Below are positions 7,285-16,411 of a DNA stretch of 35,107 nucleotides, in pieces (positions within the stretch are counted from its first letter, which is position 1; each line of letters starts with the position of its first letter). The notes beneath the pieces were generated by a model that did not search any database, was not told where the DNA came from, and saw only the letters and a list, made by a program, of their open reading frames with translations. Position numbers and translations under genes: made by a program. The DNA lies in IMG/VR virus record IMGVR_UViG_3300010376_002105, positions 1 through 35,107 of that record. One strand, given 5' to 3'. This stretch comes from a virus. Its lineage: Duplodnaviria > Caudoviricetes.

Positions 7285-8982
7285 ATGGGTCGCGAACGCA
7301 CGGTCGCCGAGAAATACATCGCCGACGTGCTCGCCGGCCGGATCCCGGTCTCGAAGCTCGTTCGGCTGCAGATCGAGCGGCACGTTCGGGATCTGAAAGA
7401 GGGAAAAAGCCGCGGCCTCTTTTTCGATCGCGAGGCCGCGCAGGACGTAATCGATTATTTTCCGCTTTTCTGCTGCGGCGTCGACGGCGATTACTTCGGG
7501 AAGCCGCTCGAGCTCGATCCGGCCTGGCAGGCTCTGCTTTGGATCCTGTACGGGTGGAAACGGAAAGACGAAAAAGGTCGCACGCGCCGGCGTTTCAAGA
7601 TCGCTTATTCGGAGATGGGCGCCGGGAATCTGAAGTCGCTCATTCTTTCGGGGCTCTGCCTTTACGAGCTGCACGCGTTCGGCGCTCTCGGCGCGCAGGT
7701 GTACGCCGCGGCGACCGATCGCAAAACCGCGCGGCGCGTCTTCGACACTGCGTCGACAATGGCGCAGCAGTCGGATTACCTGCGCGATAACCTGCTGATC
7801 GGAAAAGAGGCGATCGCGGATCCCGCGACGGGCTCGAAGTTTGAACCGTGCGCGGCCGAAGATCAGAACCTGCAAGGCCTGCGGCCTTCGTTCGTTTGTA
7901 TCGACGAGCTTCACGCGCACGCGTCGGCCGGCGTCTGGAATGCGTTTTACTCGCGTCTCGGTAAAACGGATCAGCCGCTGATGTTTGCGATTACAAATTC
8001 CGGCATGGACCGGAATTCGGTTTGCTACAAGCAGCGCGAGTACTCCGAGAAGGTGCTCGAGGGGATCATTCCCGACGATACCTGGTTTGCGTGGATCTGC
8101 GGCCTCGACGCCGCCGACATCGAAGCGGAAGACGGTTGGGAAAACGAGACGAACTGGCCGAAGGCTAATCCCTGTTGGGGAACGGCCATCCGGCTCTCGG
8201 AGATGCGAGAGCAGGCGACGAAGGCGAAGGGGGATCCGAGTTCTCTCAATACGTTCTTGCGTTTTCGGCTCTGCGTCTGGACGACTTCGTTCTCGGCGTG
8301 GATGCCGATCGACAAATGGGATCTCGGCCGGCGGCCGCTCGAGAGTCTCGAGCTGCTGCGCGGCCGGCGATGCCGCGGCGGCCTAGATCTCTCGACGACG
8401 ACCGACGTCTCGGCCTTCGTGCTGCTCTTCGATCCGACGGCCGACGATCCGTTTTATCGCGTGCTGCCGTTTTTCTTTCTGCCGAAAGATAACATCGCCT
8501 TCCGAGTGCGGCGCGATCGCGTGCCGTACGACGTATGGGCTCGCGAAGGGATTTTTAACTTAACGCCTGGCGGCTCGATCGATTACCGAGCTATTCGGGC
8601 GAAGATCCTCGAGCTTCGCGACGTCTTCGAGTACGACATCGCGCAGATCTACTTCGATCGCTGGAATTCGAGCGACATCGTTACGAATCTCGGCGAGGAC
8701 GGCTTCGAGATGGTTCGCGTCGGCCAGGGCTTCGCCGGCATGGCCTATCCGACGAAACGTCTGCTCGAGCTCGTGCTCGGCGGCGAGATCGCGCACGACG
8801 GAAACAAAGTGCTTCGATGGATGGCTTCGAACGTAATCGTGCAGCAGGATCCGGCCGGCAACTCGAAGCCGGATAAAAAACGGAGTCGCGAAAAGATCGA
8901 CGGAATTGTCGCTCTGATCATGGCCGTTACCGGCATGATGGGCGCCGTCGACAATTCGCCGGCGATCGATTTCGCAGGTTAA
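7285..8982 (+). CDS. terminase large subunit (Terminase_1 family)
   Basis: L.PAWQ adenine motif, RRF..AY.E, variant Walker A GAGNLKS, Walker B FVCIDELH, nuclease motifs GLDLS.T.D and KIDG.VA. Confidence 0.97.
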   Translation: MGRERTVAEKYIADVLAGRIPVSKLVRLQIERHVRDLKEGKSRGLFFDREAAQDVIDYFPLFCCGVDGDYFGKPLELDPAWQALLWILYGWKRKDEKGRTRRRFKIAYSEMGAGNLKSLILSGLCLYELHAFGALGAQVYAAATDRKTARRVFDTASTMAQQSDYLRDNLLIGKEAIADPATGSKFEPCAAEDQNLQGLRPSFVCIDELHAHASAGVWNAFYSRLGKTDQPLMFAITNSGMDRNSVCYKQREYSEKVLEGIIPDDTWFAWICGLDAADIEAEDGWENETNWPKANPCWGTAIRLSEMREQATKAKGDPSSLNTFLRFRLCVWTTSFSAWMPIDKWDLGRRPLESLELLRGRRCRGGLDLSTTTDVSAFVLLFDPTADDPFYRVLPFFFLPKDNIAFRVRRDRVPYDVWAREGIFNLTPGGSIDYRAIRAKILELRDVFEYDIAQIYFDRWNSSDIVTNLGEDGFEMVRVGQGFAGMAYPTKRLLELVLGGEIAHDGNKVLRWMASNVIVQQDPAGNSKPDKKRSREKIDGIVALIMAVTGMMGAVDNSPAIDFAG

Positions 8983-9003
8983 CCGAAGACGGGAAAACAG
9001 AAC

Positions 9004-10758
9004 ATGCGAATTCAGTTTTACAGCGAACCGATTACTCTCGGCCTGGCCGAGCTGCGGTCGAATCCGCTCGAGAATCCCGGCGTGCCGCTCTCTTCGCCGG
9101 CTCTCTGGCAATGGCTCACAGGCGGCGAGCCGACGGCTTCCGGCGAGACCGTAAACGAGACGAACGCGCTCAAGATTATTACGGTTTATCGCTGCGTTCG
9201 TTACATCGCCGAAGCGATCGCGTCGCTTCCGTTCGAAGTTTGGGAGCACTCGACGAACGGTCGCGAGAAGGCCGTTAATCACGATCTTTTTTATCTGATG
9301 ACGGTCGAGCCGAATCCGGAAATGTCGGCCTTCACGTTTAAAGAGAACTTCGCCGGCTGCCTGGCGCTCACTGGCAACGCGTACGCGCAGATCGAGCGTA
9401 ATCGCTGGCAGGATGTCGTCGCGCTCTGGCCGTTACATCCGCACAAAACGCGCGCGGTCCGCGACGGTAATCAGCTCTATTACGAGACGACCGACGGCGA
9501 GACGAGCGGTAAAGCGCGGCGGATCGCGCCGGCCGACGTTCTGCACTGTCCGCTTTTTTCCTTCGACGGGATCGCCGGCCTTTCGCCGATCGGCCTGGCG
9601 CGCGAGGGGCTCGGCCTGGCGAAAGCGACCGAGAAGTTCGGCGCGCGTTTCTTCGGCAATGGTTCGCGGCCTGGCGGCGTGATTTTTAACAAGGGGCCGA
9701 AGCCGGATCCGAAGACGCGGAAAGAGATCGTCGAGTCGTGGAATACCGAGCACGGCGGCGGCCGTCAAGGTTCGATGGCTTTCATGTGGGGCGGCGAGTG
9801 GGATTACAAGCAGGTCGGGCTCTCGCCGGAAGATTCGCAATTTCTCGAGACGCGCAAATTCGAGCGCGCCGAGATCGCGGCCGGCATCTTCGGCGTGCCG
9901 CCGCACGTCGTCGGAGATACGTCGCGGATGAGTGGCAATAACGCAGAGCAGGAAGGTCTGCGCGTCGTGACCGATACTTTCCGGCCTTACCTGGCGCGGA
10001 TCGAGAACGAGTTCGATCGGAAGCTGATGCCGCGGGTCGGCCGGAAGGCGAACAAGTTCTTCGCCGGCTTCGACATCACGGAAAGATTGCGCGGCGATTT
10101 CAAGACGCAGCAGGAAGGCTTCGCGGCCGGCGTGCAGTGGGGATGGTACTCGCCGAACGATGTCCGCAAAAAACTCGGCGAGAATCCTGGTCCGAAAGAG
10201 CTCGACGTTTATCGCGTGCCGGTCAATATGCAGGCCGCGACGACGCTGCTCGAGCAGCCGGCCGAGCCGAAGCCGGCCGCCGCGGCGGATCCTGGCGCCG
10301 ATCCTGGCGGGGATCCGGATGCTGCCGGCGAGCCGGGCTCGGATCCTGGCGCCGATGCCGGCCAGGCGCCGACGCCGGCTGAGCGGAAGCAGCTCGACGT
10401 CTACGTTCGGACGTACGGCGGAATCTATCGGCGTTCATTCCGGCAGCTTTGCAGGCGTGAAAAGAGGGATTTCGGCGCCATTCGCGCGACGATCGGGCCG
10501 ATTCTCGAGAGCATGGCAGGCCTCGCGATCGAGATGAATTCGGCGCCGGCCGAGCTCGTCGAGCAGCTCGCCGCGGGCCTGGTCGACGACGTCGCAAAAG
10601 CGATGGAAAAACGCGCGGCAAAATGGCCGGCCGAGATCTCGATCGCGGCGGCCGACGAGCTCGCCGGGCCGGAATTTCTGAAAGCAGTTCGCTCGGTACA
10701 CATCAACGCAGCACGAGACACGGTCGCGGCCAGGGCCGCGGCAGAGGTGACAGAGTGA
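9004..10758 (+). CDS. HK97-family portal protein with a C-terminal extension
   Basis: VYRCV..IAE.IASLP, L..GNAY, GLSPI, FFGNG.RPGG, DSQFLETRKF, FGVPPH, SPNDVR; ~170 extra aa after the usual end. Confidence 0.96.
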   Translation: MRIQFYSEPITLGLAELRSNPLENPGVPLSSPALWQWLTGGEPTASGETVNETNALKIITVYRCVRYIAEAIASLPFEVWEHSTNGREKAVNHDLFYLMTVEPNPEMSAFTFKENFAGCLALTGNAYAQIERNRWQDVVALWPLHPHKTRAVRDGNQLYYETTDGETSGKARRIAPADVLHCPLFSFDGIAGLSPIGLAREGLGLAKATEKFGARFFGNGSRPGGVIFNKGPKPDPKTRKEIVESWNTEHGGGRQGSMAFMWGGEWDYKQVGLSPEDSQFLETRKFERAEIAAGIFGVPPHVVGDTSRMSGNNAEQEGLRVVTDTFRPYLARIENEFDRKLMPRVGRKANKFFAGFDITERLRGDFKTQQEGFAAGVQWGWYSPNDVRKKLGENPGPKELDVYRVPVNMQAATTLLEQPAEPKPAAAADPGADPGGDPDAAGEPGSDPGADAGQAPTPAERKQLDVYVRTYGGIYRRSFRQLCRREKRDFGAIRATIGPILESMAGLAIEMNSAPAELVEQLAAGLVDDVAKAMEKRAAKWPAEISIAAADELAGPEFLKAVRSVHINAARDTVAARAAAEVTE

Positions 10759-11408
10759 AACAGATCGAACGGCGTCACGCGACGACAGAGTTCCGAGTTT
10801 CGGCGGCGAACGAGCCGGCGAGCATTTCCGGATATGCCGCGGTCTTCGACTCGCACAGCGAAGATCTCGGCTATTTCTGCGAGCTGCGCGAAGAGATCGA
10901 TCCGCACGCCTTCGATAGCGTGATGGCCTCGAATCCCGACGTGCGCGCGTTTTTCAATCACGATCCGAATATGGTGCTCGGCCGCACGACGGCCGGAACG
11001 CTGCGGCTCTCGGTCGACGCGCGCGGCCTGCAATACGAGATCGATCCGCCGGATACGCAAGTCGCTCGCGATCTTATGGTCTCGATGCGCCGGCGCGATA
11101 TTACCGGCTCGAGCTTCGGTTTCGTTTGCAAGCGCGACCAGTGGACCGACAATCCCGACGGATCCGTTACTCGCCGGATCCTCGAGTTCGATCAGCTGCT
11201 CGACGTCTCGCCGGTTACTTTCCCGGCCTATCCGGCCTCGAGCTCTGAAGCGAATTCGCTGCCGGCTTCGATGCCGGCCGAGTTCCGTTCGCGCTTCGAG
11301 AAACGGCGCGCCGCAGATCCGAAGCCGGCCGAGCCGCCGGCGCCGGCCGCGATCGACGACGGCGACGAGAACCGTAAGCTCTCGATCCGCCTGGCGCTCG
11401 AGCTGTAA
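10755..11408 (+). CDS. HK97-family prohead protease (peptidase U35/S78)
   Basis: GTGA overlap; ISGYAAVF.S.SEDLG, E.I...AF, FNHD...VLGRT..GTL.L..D.RGL, SSFGF, DVSPVTFPAY. Confidence 0.96.
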   Translation: MKQIERRHATTEFRVSAANEPASISGYAAVFDSHSEDLGYFCELREEIDPHAFDSVMASNPDVRAFFNHDPNMVLGRTTAGTLRLSVDARGLQYEIDPPDTQVARDLMVSMRRRDITGSSFGFVCKRDQWTDNPDGSVTRRILEFDQLLDVSPVTFPAYPASSSEANSLPASMPAEFRSRFEKRRAADPKPAEPPAPAAIDDGDENRKLSIRLALEL

Positions 11409-11451
11409 AGGATCCTCGCGAAGTTCTGACTTTCGACGAAAGGGGGATGCG

Positions 11452-11589
11452 ATGGATCTGAAGACTGCTCTGCTGATCCTGATCGGACTCGTGCGCAAGC
11501 TCGCGCAGGTCCGGCACGCCGGCGAAGCTGCCGAGCTCGTGAAAGAGCTCGACGTTCTCGAGGCCGACGCCAAGTCTGCCAAGAAGTAA
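11452..11589 (+). CDS. 45-aa small protein (not in the ORF track)
   Basis: AAGGGGG RBS; MDLKTALLILIGLVRKLAQVRHAGEAAELVKELDVLEADAKSAKK*; phage-like codon usage; fills the protease-MCP gap. Confidence 0.6.
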   Translation: MDLKTALLILIGLVRKLAQVRHAGEAAELVKELDVLEADAKSAKK

Positions 11590-11736
11590 AAACCCCTGAC
11601 AATTTGCGCCGCTCTCTCGCCGCTCGTCGGCTGCCTTCAATGGCGCGGGGAGAGCTGCGTCGCCGCGAAGCGAATCGTCTGCGCGCGATCGCTGTCCGGC
11701 ACTGCTTCAAAAAAATTCACTTCCGGAGTTTCCGAA

Positions 11737-13026
11737 ATGACAGCACGTGAATTGCGCGAAAAGCGCAACAAAATTCTTGTCGACGCGCAGGCAATCATGC
11801 GCGGCGATAACGTGTCGGCCGAGCAACGCGCGGCCGTCGATACGATGCTCGCCGAAGCCGGCACGCTGCTGGCCGATGCGCAGCGTCTCGAGCAGATCGA
11901 GCAGCTCTCGCGCGAAGCCGAGGCCGAGCAGCGGTCGAGCGGCCGGATCCCGCGCTCGAATCCGAGCGGCCAGACCGAGCCGGCAGCCGACGCTCGTTCG
12001 TGGGAAGAGCGTCGCGCCGCAACAAACCGCGCTCTGCGCGCCGTCTTCGGCACGACCGACACGCCGGCCGCAAACGAAGCTCGCCGCCTGGCCGTCGAGT
12101 CGCGCGATCTGACCGTCGCCGCGAATGGCGGCGTGATGATCCCGGTCGGCGTGACCGATCCGCGGATCGCTCGCCAGTCGTACGGCTCGATCTATGACAT
12201 CATCGGCAAGCTGCGCACCGTGACCGGCGAGGCCGTCAAGGTTCCTTACTTGAACGACACGCAGAATCTCTTCGTGCTCAACTCGGCCGGGATCACGGTC
12301 ACCGATCCGGCGACCGGCGGCGTCACGTCGCAGATCGACGACATCCGCATGAATCCGATTTTGATCGAGTATTCCCTGATCCAAGACACCGGATTCGATC
12401 TCGTCGGCTACATCCAGAAGGCCTGCCAGACGCGTTATCTGCGCACGGCGTCGAAGTGGGCAACGCTCGGCAATACGTCGAACGTCGCCGGCTACGCGAC
12501 CGCGGGCGGCTATAACACCGGCGTCACGGCGAATACGACGCTCGTCACGAAGTACTCCGATATTACTTCGCTGATCGCCGCGCTCGATCCGGCTTACTCG
12601 ATCGGCGCCAATTTCACGATGTCGAATGCGACGCTGATGAACCAGGTTATGCAGATAACCGACACGAATCAGCGGCCGATCTTCCTTCCGTTCAACGACG
12701 GCGGGATCTCGGGCTTCGCCGGAACGATCTTCGGCTTCCCTGTCAAGATCAATCCGTTCCAACCGAACAACGCTGTCGGCGCGCTGTACATGCATTTCGG
12801 CAGCTTCGAAGACGGTTACTGCTGGCGCGAAGTCGGAACGCCGGACGTCGATGCACCTGGTCGCCTGCCGGGCCAGGGCGTCGTGATGCTGCGCCGGCTC
12901 GACGAACGGTATGCCGAGCTCAACAAGGTCGGATTTGTGGCCTTCGCGCGCGTCGGCGGCAGCGTAACGAATCCCGGCACGCTCGGCGCAACGCCAGCGC
13001 CGGTCGTCGCGCTCATCGGCAAGTAA
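11737..13026 (+). CDS. HK97-fold major capsid protein with N-terminal delta (scaffold) domain
   Basis: Coiled-coil N-terminus, GGVMIP, D.GFDL.GYI, D.NQRPIF, TIFGFPV.IN, RLDERYAE...VGF.AF.R.GG. Confidence 0.95.
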   Translation: MTARELREKRNKILVDAQAIMRGDNVSAEQRAAVDTMLAEAGTLLADAQRLEQIEQLSREAEAEQRSSGRIPRSNPSGQTEPAADARSWEERRAATNRALRAVFGTTDTPAANEARRLAVESRDLTVAANGGVMIPVGVTDPRIARQSYGSIYDIIGKLRTVTGEAVKVPYLNDTQNLFVLNSAGITVTDPATGGVTSQIDDIRMNPILIEYSLIQDTGFDLVGYIQKACQTRYLRTASKWATLGNTSNVAGYATAGGYNTGVTANTTLVTKYSDITSLIAALDPAYSIGANFTMSNATLMNQVMQITDTNQRPIFLPFNDGGISGFAGTIFGFPVKINPFQPNNAVGALYMHFGSFEDGYCWREVGTPDVDAPGRLPGQGVVMLRRLDERYAELNKVGFVAFARVGGSVTNPGTLGATPAPVVALIGK

Positions 13027-13046
13027 TCAACCAAAAACACTAACTC

Positions 13047-13074
13047 GAGAGGCCGGCAGCGATGCCGGCCTTTC
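13047..13074 (+). terminator. hairpin after the capsid gene (partial terminator or mRNA stabiliser)
   Basis: GAGAGGCCGGCA-GCGA-TGCCGGCCTTTC; GNRA loop; short U tract. Confidence 0.65.
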
Positions 13075-13101
13075 GCATAACTGCGCTTTCTCGAGGTCGC
13101 G

Positions 13102-13983
13102 ATGCCCCTGGCATACAAAGAAACGAGCTCGCCGATCGTCGAGCCGGTCTCTCTCGACGAGGCGAAGGATCAGCTCGTCATCGACGCCGGCAATACCGAC
13201 GACGACGCGTTTATCGGCCGGCTGATCGTCGCGGCTCGACAGTACGTCGAGAAGGTTGCGAACCGCGCGATCTATCCGCGCGGGATGCAGCTCAATATCG
13301 ATCATTTTCCTTTTCCCGACTATGCGAGCGGGACGGTTAATCCGAACGATCGTCACTGCTTATACGGCTATTTCTGGCACGCGCTCGCGATCCGGCTGCC
13401 GAAGCCTGGCGCGCTCTCGGTTGAGTCGATCAAATACATCGATCTGACGCGCACGCTGCAGACGCTCGATCCGTCGACTTACTATCTCGACGCGACGGCC
13501 GAACCTGGTCGCGTCGTGCCGCAGCCGGGCCTCTACTGGCCTTATACGCAGTCGTGGCTGCCGGGCTCGGTCGTCGTGAGCTATACGGCCGGGACGTACG
13601 TTCTGCCGGTCGCCGGCGAAGCCGTGCAAGTGCCGGCCGCGAATGGCGCGAATCCGATTGGGCTTCCGCTCGCGCAGCTCTCGAAGTTCGTCGGAATGAT
13701 CTCTCTCGTCGACGCCGGCGGGAATCCGGTCGCGTTCACTCTGAAGCGCGGCACGATCGCCGCGGCGCCGGCCGTCACGGTCGATCCTTCGAAGGCCGGC
13801 CAGGTGCTAACCGCGGCGTACTACGTCGACAACTGTCCGGAGACCGTAAAGCAGTCGATTCTGCTGCTCGTCTCGCACTGGTACAGCAACCGCGACGCCG
13901 CGGCCTCGCAGCCGCCGAAACAGATCGAGCTCGGCGTCGCAGATCTGCTCGCCGGCGAGATCTTCGAAACGATGGGTTACTAA
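13102..13983 (+). CDS. head-tail connector/adaptor (HK97 gp6 / phiE125 gp8-like) with internal insertion
   Basis: EPVSLDEAK.QL.ID...DDA.I..LI.AAR.YVE; V.SIKY.D; V.V.YTAG; P..VKQ.ILLLV.HWY.NR. Confidence 0.9.
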   Translation: MPLAYKETSSPIVEPVSLDEAKDQLVIDAGNTDDDAFIGRLIVAARQYVEKVANRAIYPRGMQLNIDHFPFPDYASGTVNPNDRHCLYGYFWHALAIRLPKPGALSVESIKYIDLTRTLQTLDPSTYYLDATAEPGRVVPQPGLYWPYTQSWLPGSVVVSYTAGTYVLPVAGEAVQVPAANGANPIGLPLAQLSKFVGMISLVDAGGNPVAFTLKRGTIAAAPAVTVDPSKAGQVLTAAYYVDNCPETVKQSILLLVSHWYSNRDAAASQPPKQIELGVADLLAGEIFETMGY

Positions 13984-13984
13984 C

Positions 13985-14350
13985 ATGGCCGAGCCTTGGG
14001 TTATCGCAGCCGGCGAGCTGCGACACAAAATTCAGATTCAGAAGCCGAGCGCGACGCGCGACGACGGGGGAGAACCGATCCCGATTTGGGATCTGCTGCT
14101 CGAGACGCGCGCGAAGATCGAGAACACAAATTCGCGCACGTTTCGAGAGTCGTTCTCGGCTAACGCACTTTCGTCGACGTCGACCGACGTGATCACGATT
14201 CGCTGGCCTGGCGCCGCGGTCACGATCGCGCCAGGTATGCGCGTGCAGTTCGGCGACAACTTCTTTCTGATTCAAGCGGTCGACAACGTGCTGCGGCGTA
14301 ATCGAAAAGTCGTGCTCGCCTGCATCGGCGTCGACTCTGACAGCAATTGA
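13985..14350 (+). CDS. head closure / head-tail joining protein (SPP1 gp16-like)
   Basis: AGELRHKI.IQ....RD..G....W; ITIRW; I.PGMRV; F.I..V. Confidence 0.9.
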   Translation: MAEPWVIAAGELRHKIQIQKPSATRDDGGEPIPIWDLLLETRAKIENTNSRTFRESFSANALSSTSTDVITIRWPGAAVTIAPGMRVQFGDNFFLIQAVDNVLRRNRKVVLACIGVDSDSN

Positions 14351-14359
14351 GGGGCTAGC

Positions 14360-14989
14360 ATGGCCGACGAGATCGATCTGAAAGTCGATACGCGCGAGCT
14401 CGAGGCCGCGCTTAAAAAGCTGACGGCGAAGCTGCGCAGCTCGGTTATGAGGCGCGCGCTCGAGGCCGCCGGCGACGTGATGCTCGAGGCCGTCGTTAAC
14501 CATACGCCGGAACGAACCGACGAAGAGACGCCGGACGGAACTTCGCTGCCGCCGGGAATGCTTAAAGCGTCGATGACGAAAGAAGTCATCGCGCCAAACG
14601 AGAACGGTCTGCTCTCGGAAAGCGTTAGCCGCGGAACGGCGTTCTCGGCCGGCAATCCGCGCGTGAAAGTCGGTCCCGAAAAAGTCGGCCGAGCGAATAA
14701 GTTCGGCCGGGTCGCCTATTGGGTCAATAACGGATGGATTCTCACTTCGCACGGCGCATTTAACTCGGCGAAGAACCAAAAGAAAGGCCTCGATCTGCGG
14801 CACAAGATCCGGCCGATCGATGGGAAGCATTTTCTCGAGGCCGCCTTCGACGAGTCGGCAGAGCAGGCCGTCGACGTCTTTCTCGCGACGTTAGCGGATG
14901 GAATTTTCAACGCGCAAGCGGAGTCATCCGCGGCCGCTCCGGACGGTAACACCGATTTCGCAATGGATGGCGAGACGGTTCACTTCTAG
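14360..14989 (+). CDS. HK97 gp10-like tail completion protein
   Basis: ELEAALKKL...RRAL.AAG...P...G.LK.S; AYWVNNG; HFLEAAFD; position in the neck module. Confidence 0.8.
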   Translation: MADEIDLKVDTRELEAALKKLTAKLRSSVMRRALEAAGDVMLEAVVNHTPERTDEETPDGTSLPPGMLKASMTKEVIAPNENGLLSESVSRGTAFSAGNPRVKVGPEKVGRANKFGRVAYWVNNGWILTSHGAFNSAKNQKKGLDLRHKIRPIDGKHFLEAAFDESAEQAVDVFLATLADGIFNAQAESSAAAPDGNTDFAMDGETVHF

Positions 14990-15000
14990 GAGTTCGACTA

Positions 15001-15423
15001 ATGCCAGGTGTAGGAACCGGAACGATCTTTTCGCTGCTGACTGACGGTTTACGTTCGTTCATTCTGGCGCAGCCGGCGATCGCCGCGATCGTCGCCGATC
15101 GCGTGCAGCCGATCCCGGCGCCGGAAGATCTCTCGCGGCCGATCATCGTTTACTCGAGTCCGAGCGACATAAGCGAGAACGCGAACGATGGGCCGGTCGG
15201 CGTCGCGACGACGCGCGTCGTCTTCGACTGCTACTCGACGCAGTATCGCGACGCGCGAGGTCTCGCGCTCATGCTCAAAGCTCTTTTGAACGGCTATGCC
15301 GGCACGCTGCCGGATGGCACTGTCGTACAACTCGCAGAGTCTGCGAATCTCGCCGATCGCTTCGACGACGGGTCGCACGTCTCCTGCACGTCTTTCCACG
15401 CGCTGATCACATACGGCGATTAA
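15001..15423 (+). CDS. tail terminator (DUF3168-like)
   Basis: L.A.P.IAA.V.DRV.P..AP.....P.IVY; RV.FDCY...Y..A..LA...K..L.G. Confidence 0.8.
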   Translation: MPGVGTGTIFSLLTDGLRSFILAQPAIAAIVADRVQPIPAPEDLSRPIIVYSSPSDISENANDGPVGVATTRVVFDCYSTQYRDARGLALMLKALLNGYAGTLPDGTVVQLAESANLADRFDDGSHVSCTSFHALITYGD

Positions 15424-15463
15424 CCAAACGGCGGCGCCTGGCGCGCACGCATAAGGAGAAACT

Positions 15464-15937
15464 ATGCCCACAGCAACTCCGAGTAAGGGTTTCATCGGGC
15501 GGGGTACGATCGTCTCGATCGGCGTGCCGGGAACCCCTGAAACTTTCACACCTGTCGCGCAGATGAGAACCGCGCAGTTCAACGGGCAAAAGATCAATTT
15601 CGAGGACATCTCGAATCTCGATTCGCCGCTCGTGAATAGCACACTGCTCAAAGAGATCATGCCGGCGACGGCCGACGCCGGCACGCTCGACATAACCGGG
15701 ATCTTTCTGCCTTCTGACGCTGGGCAGCTCGCGATCGCCGCGGCTTACGGCGGCGGGCTCACCGACTTTACCGTGCAATTGCCGAAGGGACCAGGCCAGA
15801 CGACATCGGGGAATAAATACGCGTTCTCCGGTTACGTCGCCGAGCAGCCGATTCCCGACATTCAATTCGACAAAGTCGTGACGGTCAAATTCAAGATTCA
15901 ATTGCAGACGATCATCACGGCGACGCCGGGCGTCTAG
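15464..15937 (+). CDS. major tail tube protein (lambda V / Phage_tail_2-like)
   Basis: AAGGAG RBS; G.GT.V.IG...TPETFT.VA; ED.SNLDS; D.GT...TG.F.P.DAGQ; FSGYV. Confidence 0.88.
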   Translation: MPTATPSKGFIGRGTIVSIGVPGTPETFTPVAQMRTAQFNGQKINFEDISNLDSPLVNSTLLKEIMPATADAGTLDITGIFLPSDAGQLAIAAAYGGGLTDFTVQLPKGPGQTTSGNKYAFSGYVAEQPIPDIQFDKVVTVKFKIQLQTIITATPGV

Positions 15938-15962
15938 TTCTTCCGCCTGCCGTTTCTCCTGC

Positions 15963-15995
15963 CGGCGAGCTGCTCTCTCGGCTCGCCGTTCTTTT
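15963..15995 (+). terminator. intrinsic terminator after the tail tube gene
   Basis: CGGCGAGC...GCTCGCCG stem followed by TTCTTTT. Confidence 0.7.
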
Positions 15996-16021
15996 AACCG
16001 TTCCACTTTTGAGAGGCAATT

Positions 16022-16411
16022 ATGCGCAGCAATCCAACAAAGCCGGCGACCGAGCTCTCGATCGACGGATGGCAAGCAACCGAAAAAGGCCTCGAGCGGA
16101 AGGCCGGCGCGAAGCTCGAGCTCGAGCTCGTCTTCGAGCTGGAATCGATCGCCGACGCCGAAGACGTTAGCGGCCTGGCACTGATTACCGGGCTCAGCAA
16201 GAAAGAAGTAAACTCGCCGCGGATCTCGCTCGTGCGGATCATGCTTTGGGCGTCGGCTCGGCCGCTGCAGCCGGAATTCACGCTCGAGGATGCGAAAAAG
16301 CTCGTCGATCAGCATACCTGGTCGGGGATATGGGGAAAGATCCTCGAGGCGTGGATCGCCGGCATGAGTAAACCGAAGGCCGACGCCGACCCTCTGACGG
16401 CTCAGAGCTGA
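16022..16411 (+). CDS. tail assembly chaperone (gpG analog)
   Basis: Position between the tube and TMP genes; L.F....IADAE...G..L; R.MLWA; overlaps a -1 frame ORF. Confidence 0.75.
   Translation: MRSNPTKPATELSIDGWQATEKGLERKAGAKLELELVFELESIADAEDVSGLALITGLSKKEVNSPRISLVRIMLWASARPLQPEFTLEDAKKLVDQHTWSGIWGKILEAWIAGMSKPKADADPLTAQS

Noticed and set aside
6741-7790. 349-aa + strand ORF overlapping TerS/TerL (also 917-1792 as one long ORF)
   Set aside because: Arg-rich alternative frame; the motif-bearing frames and coupled starts explain the region.
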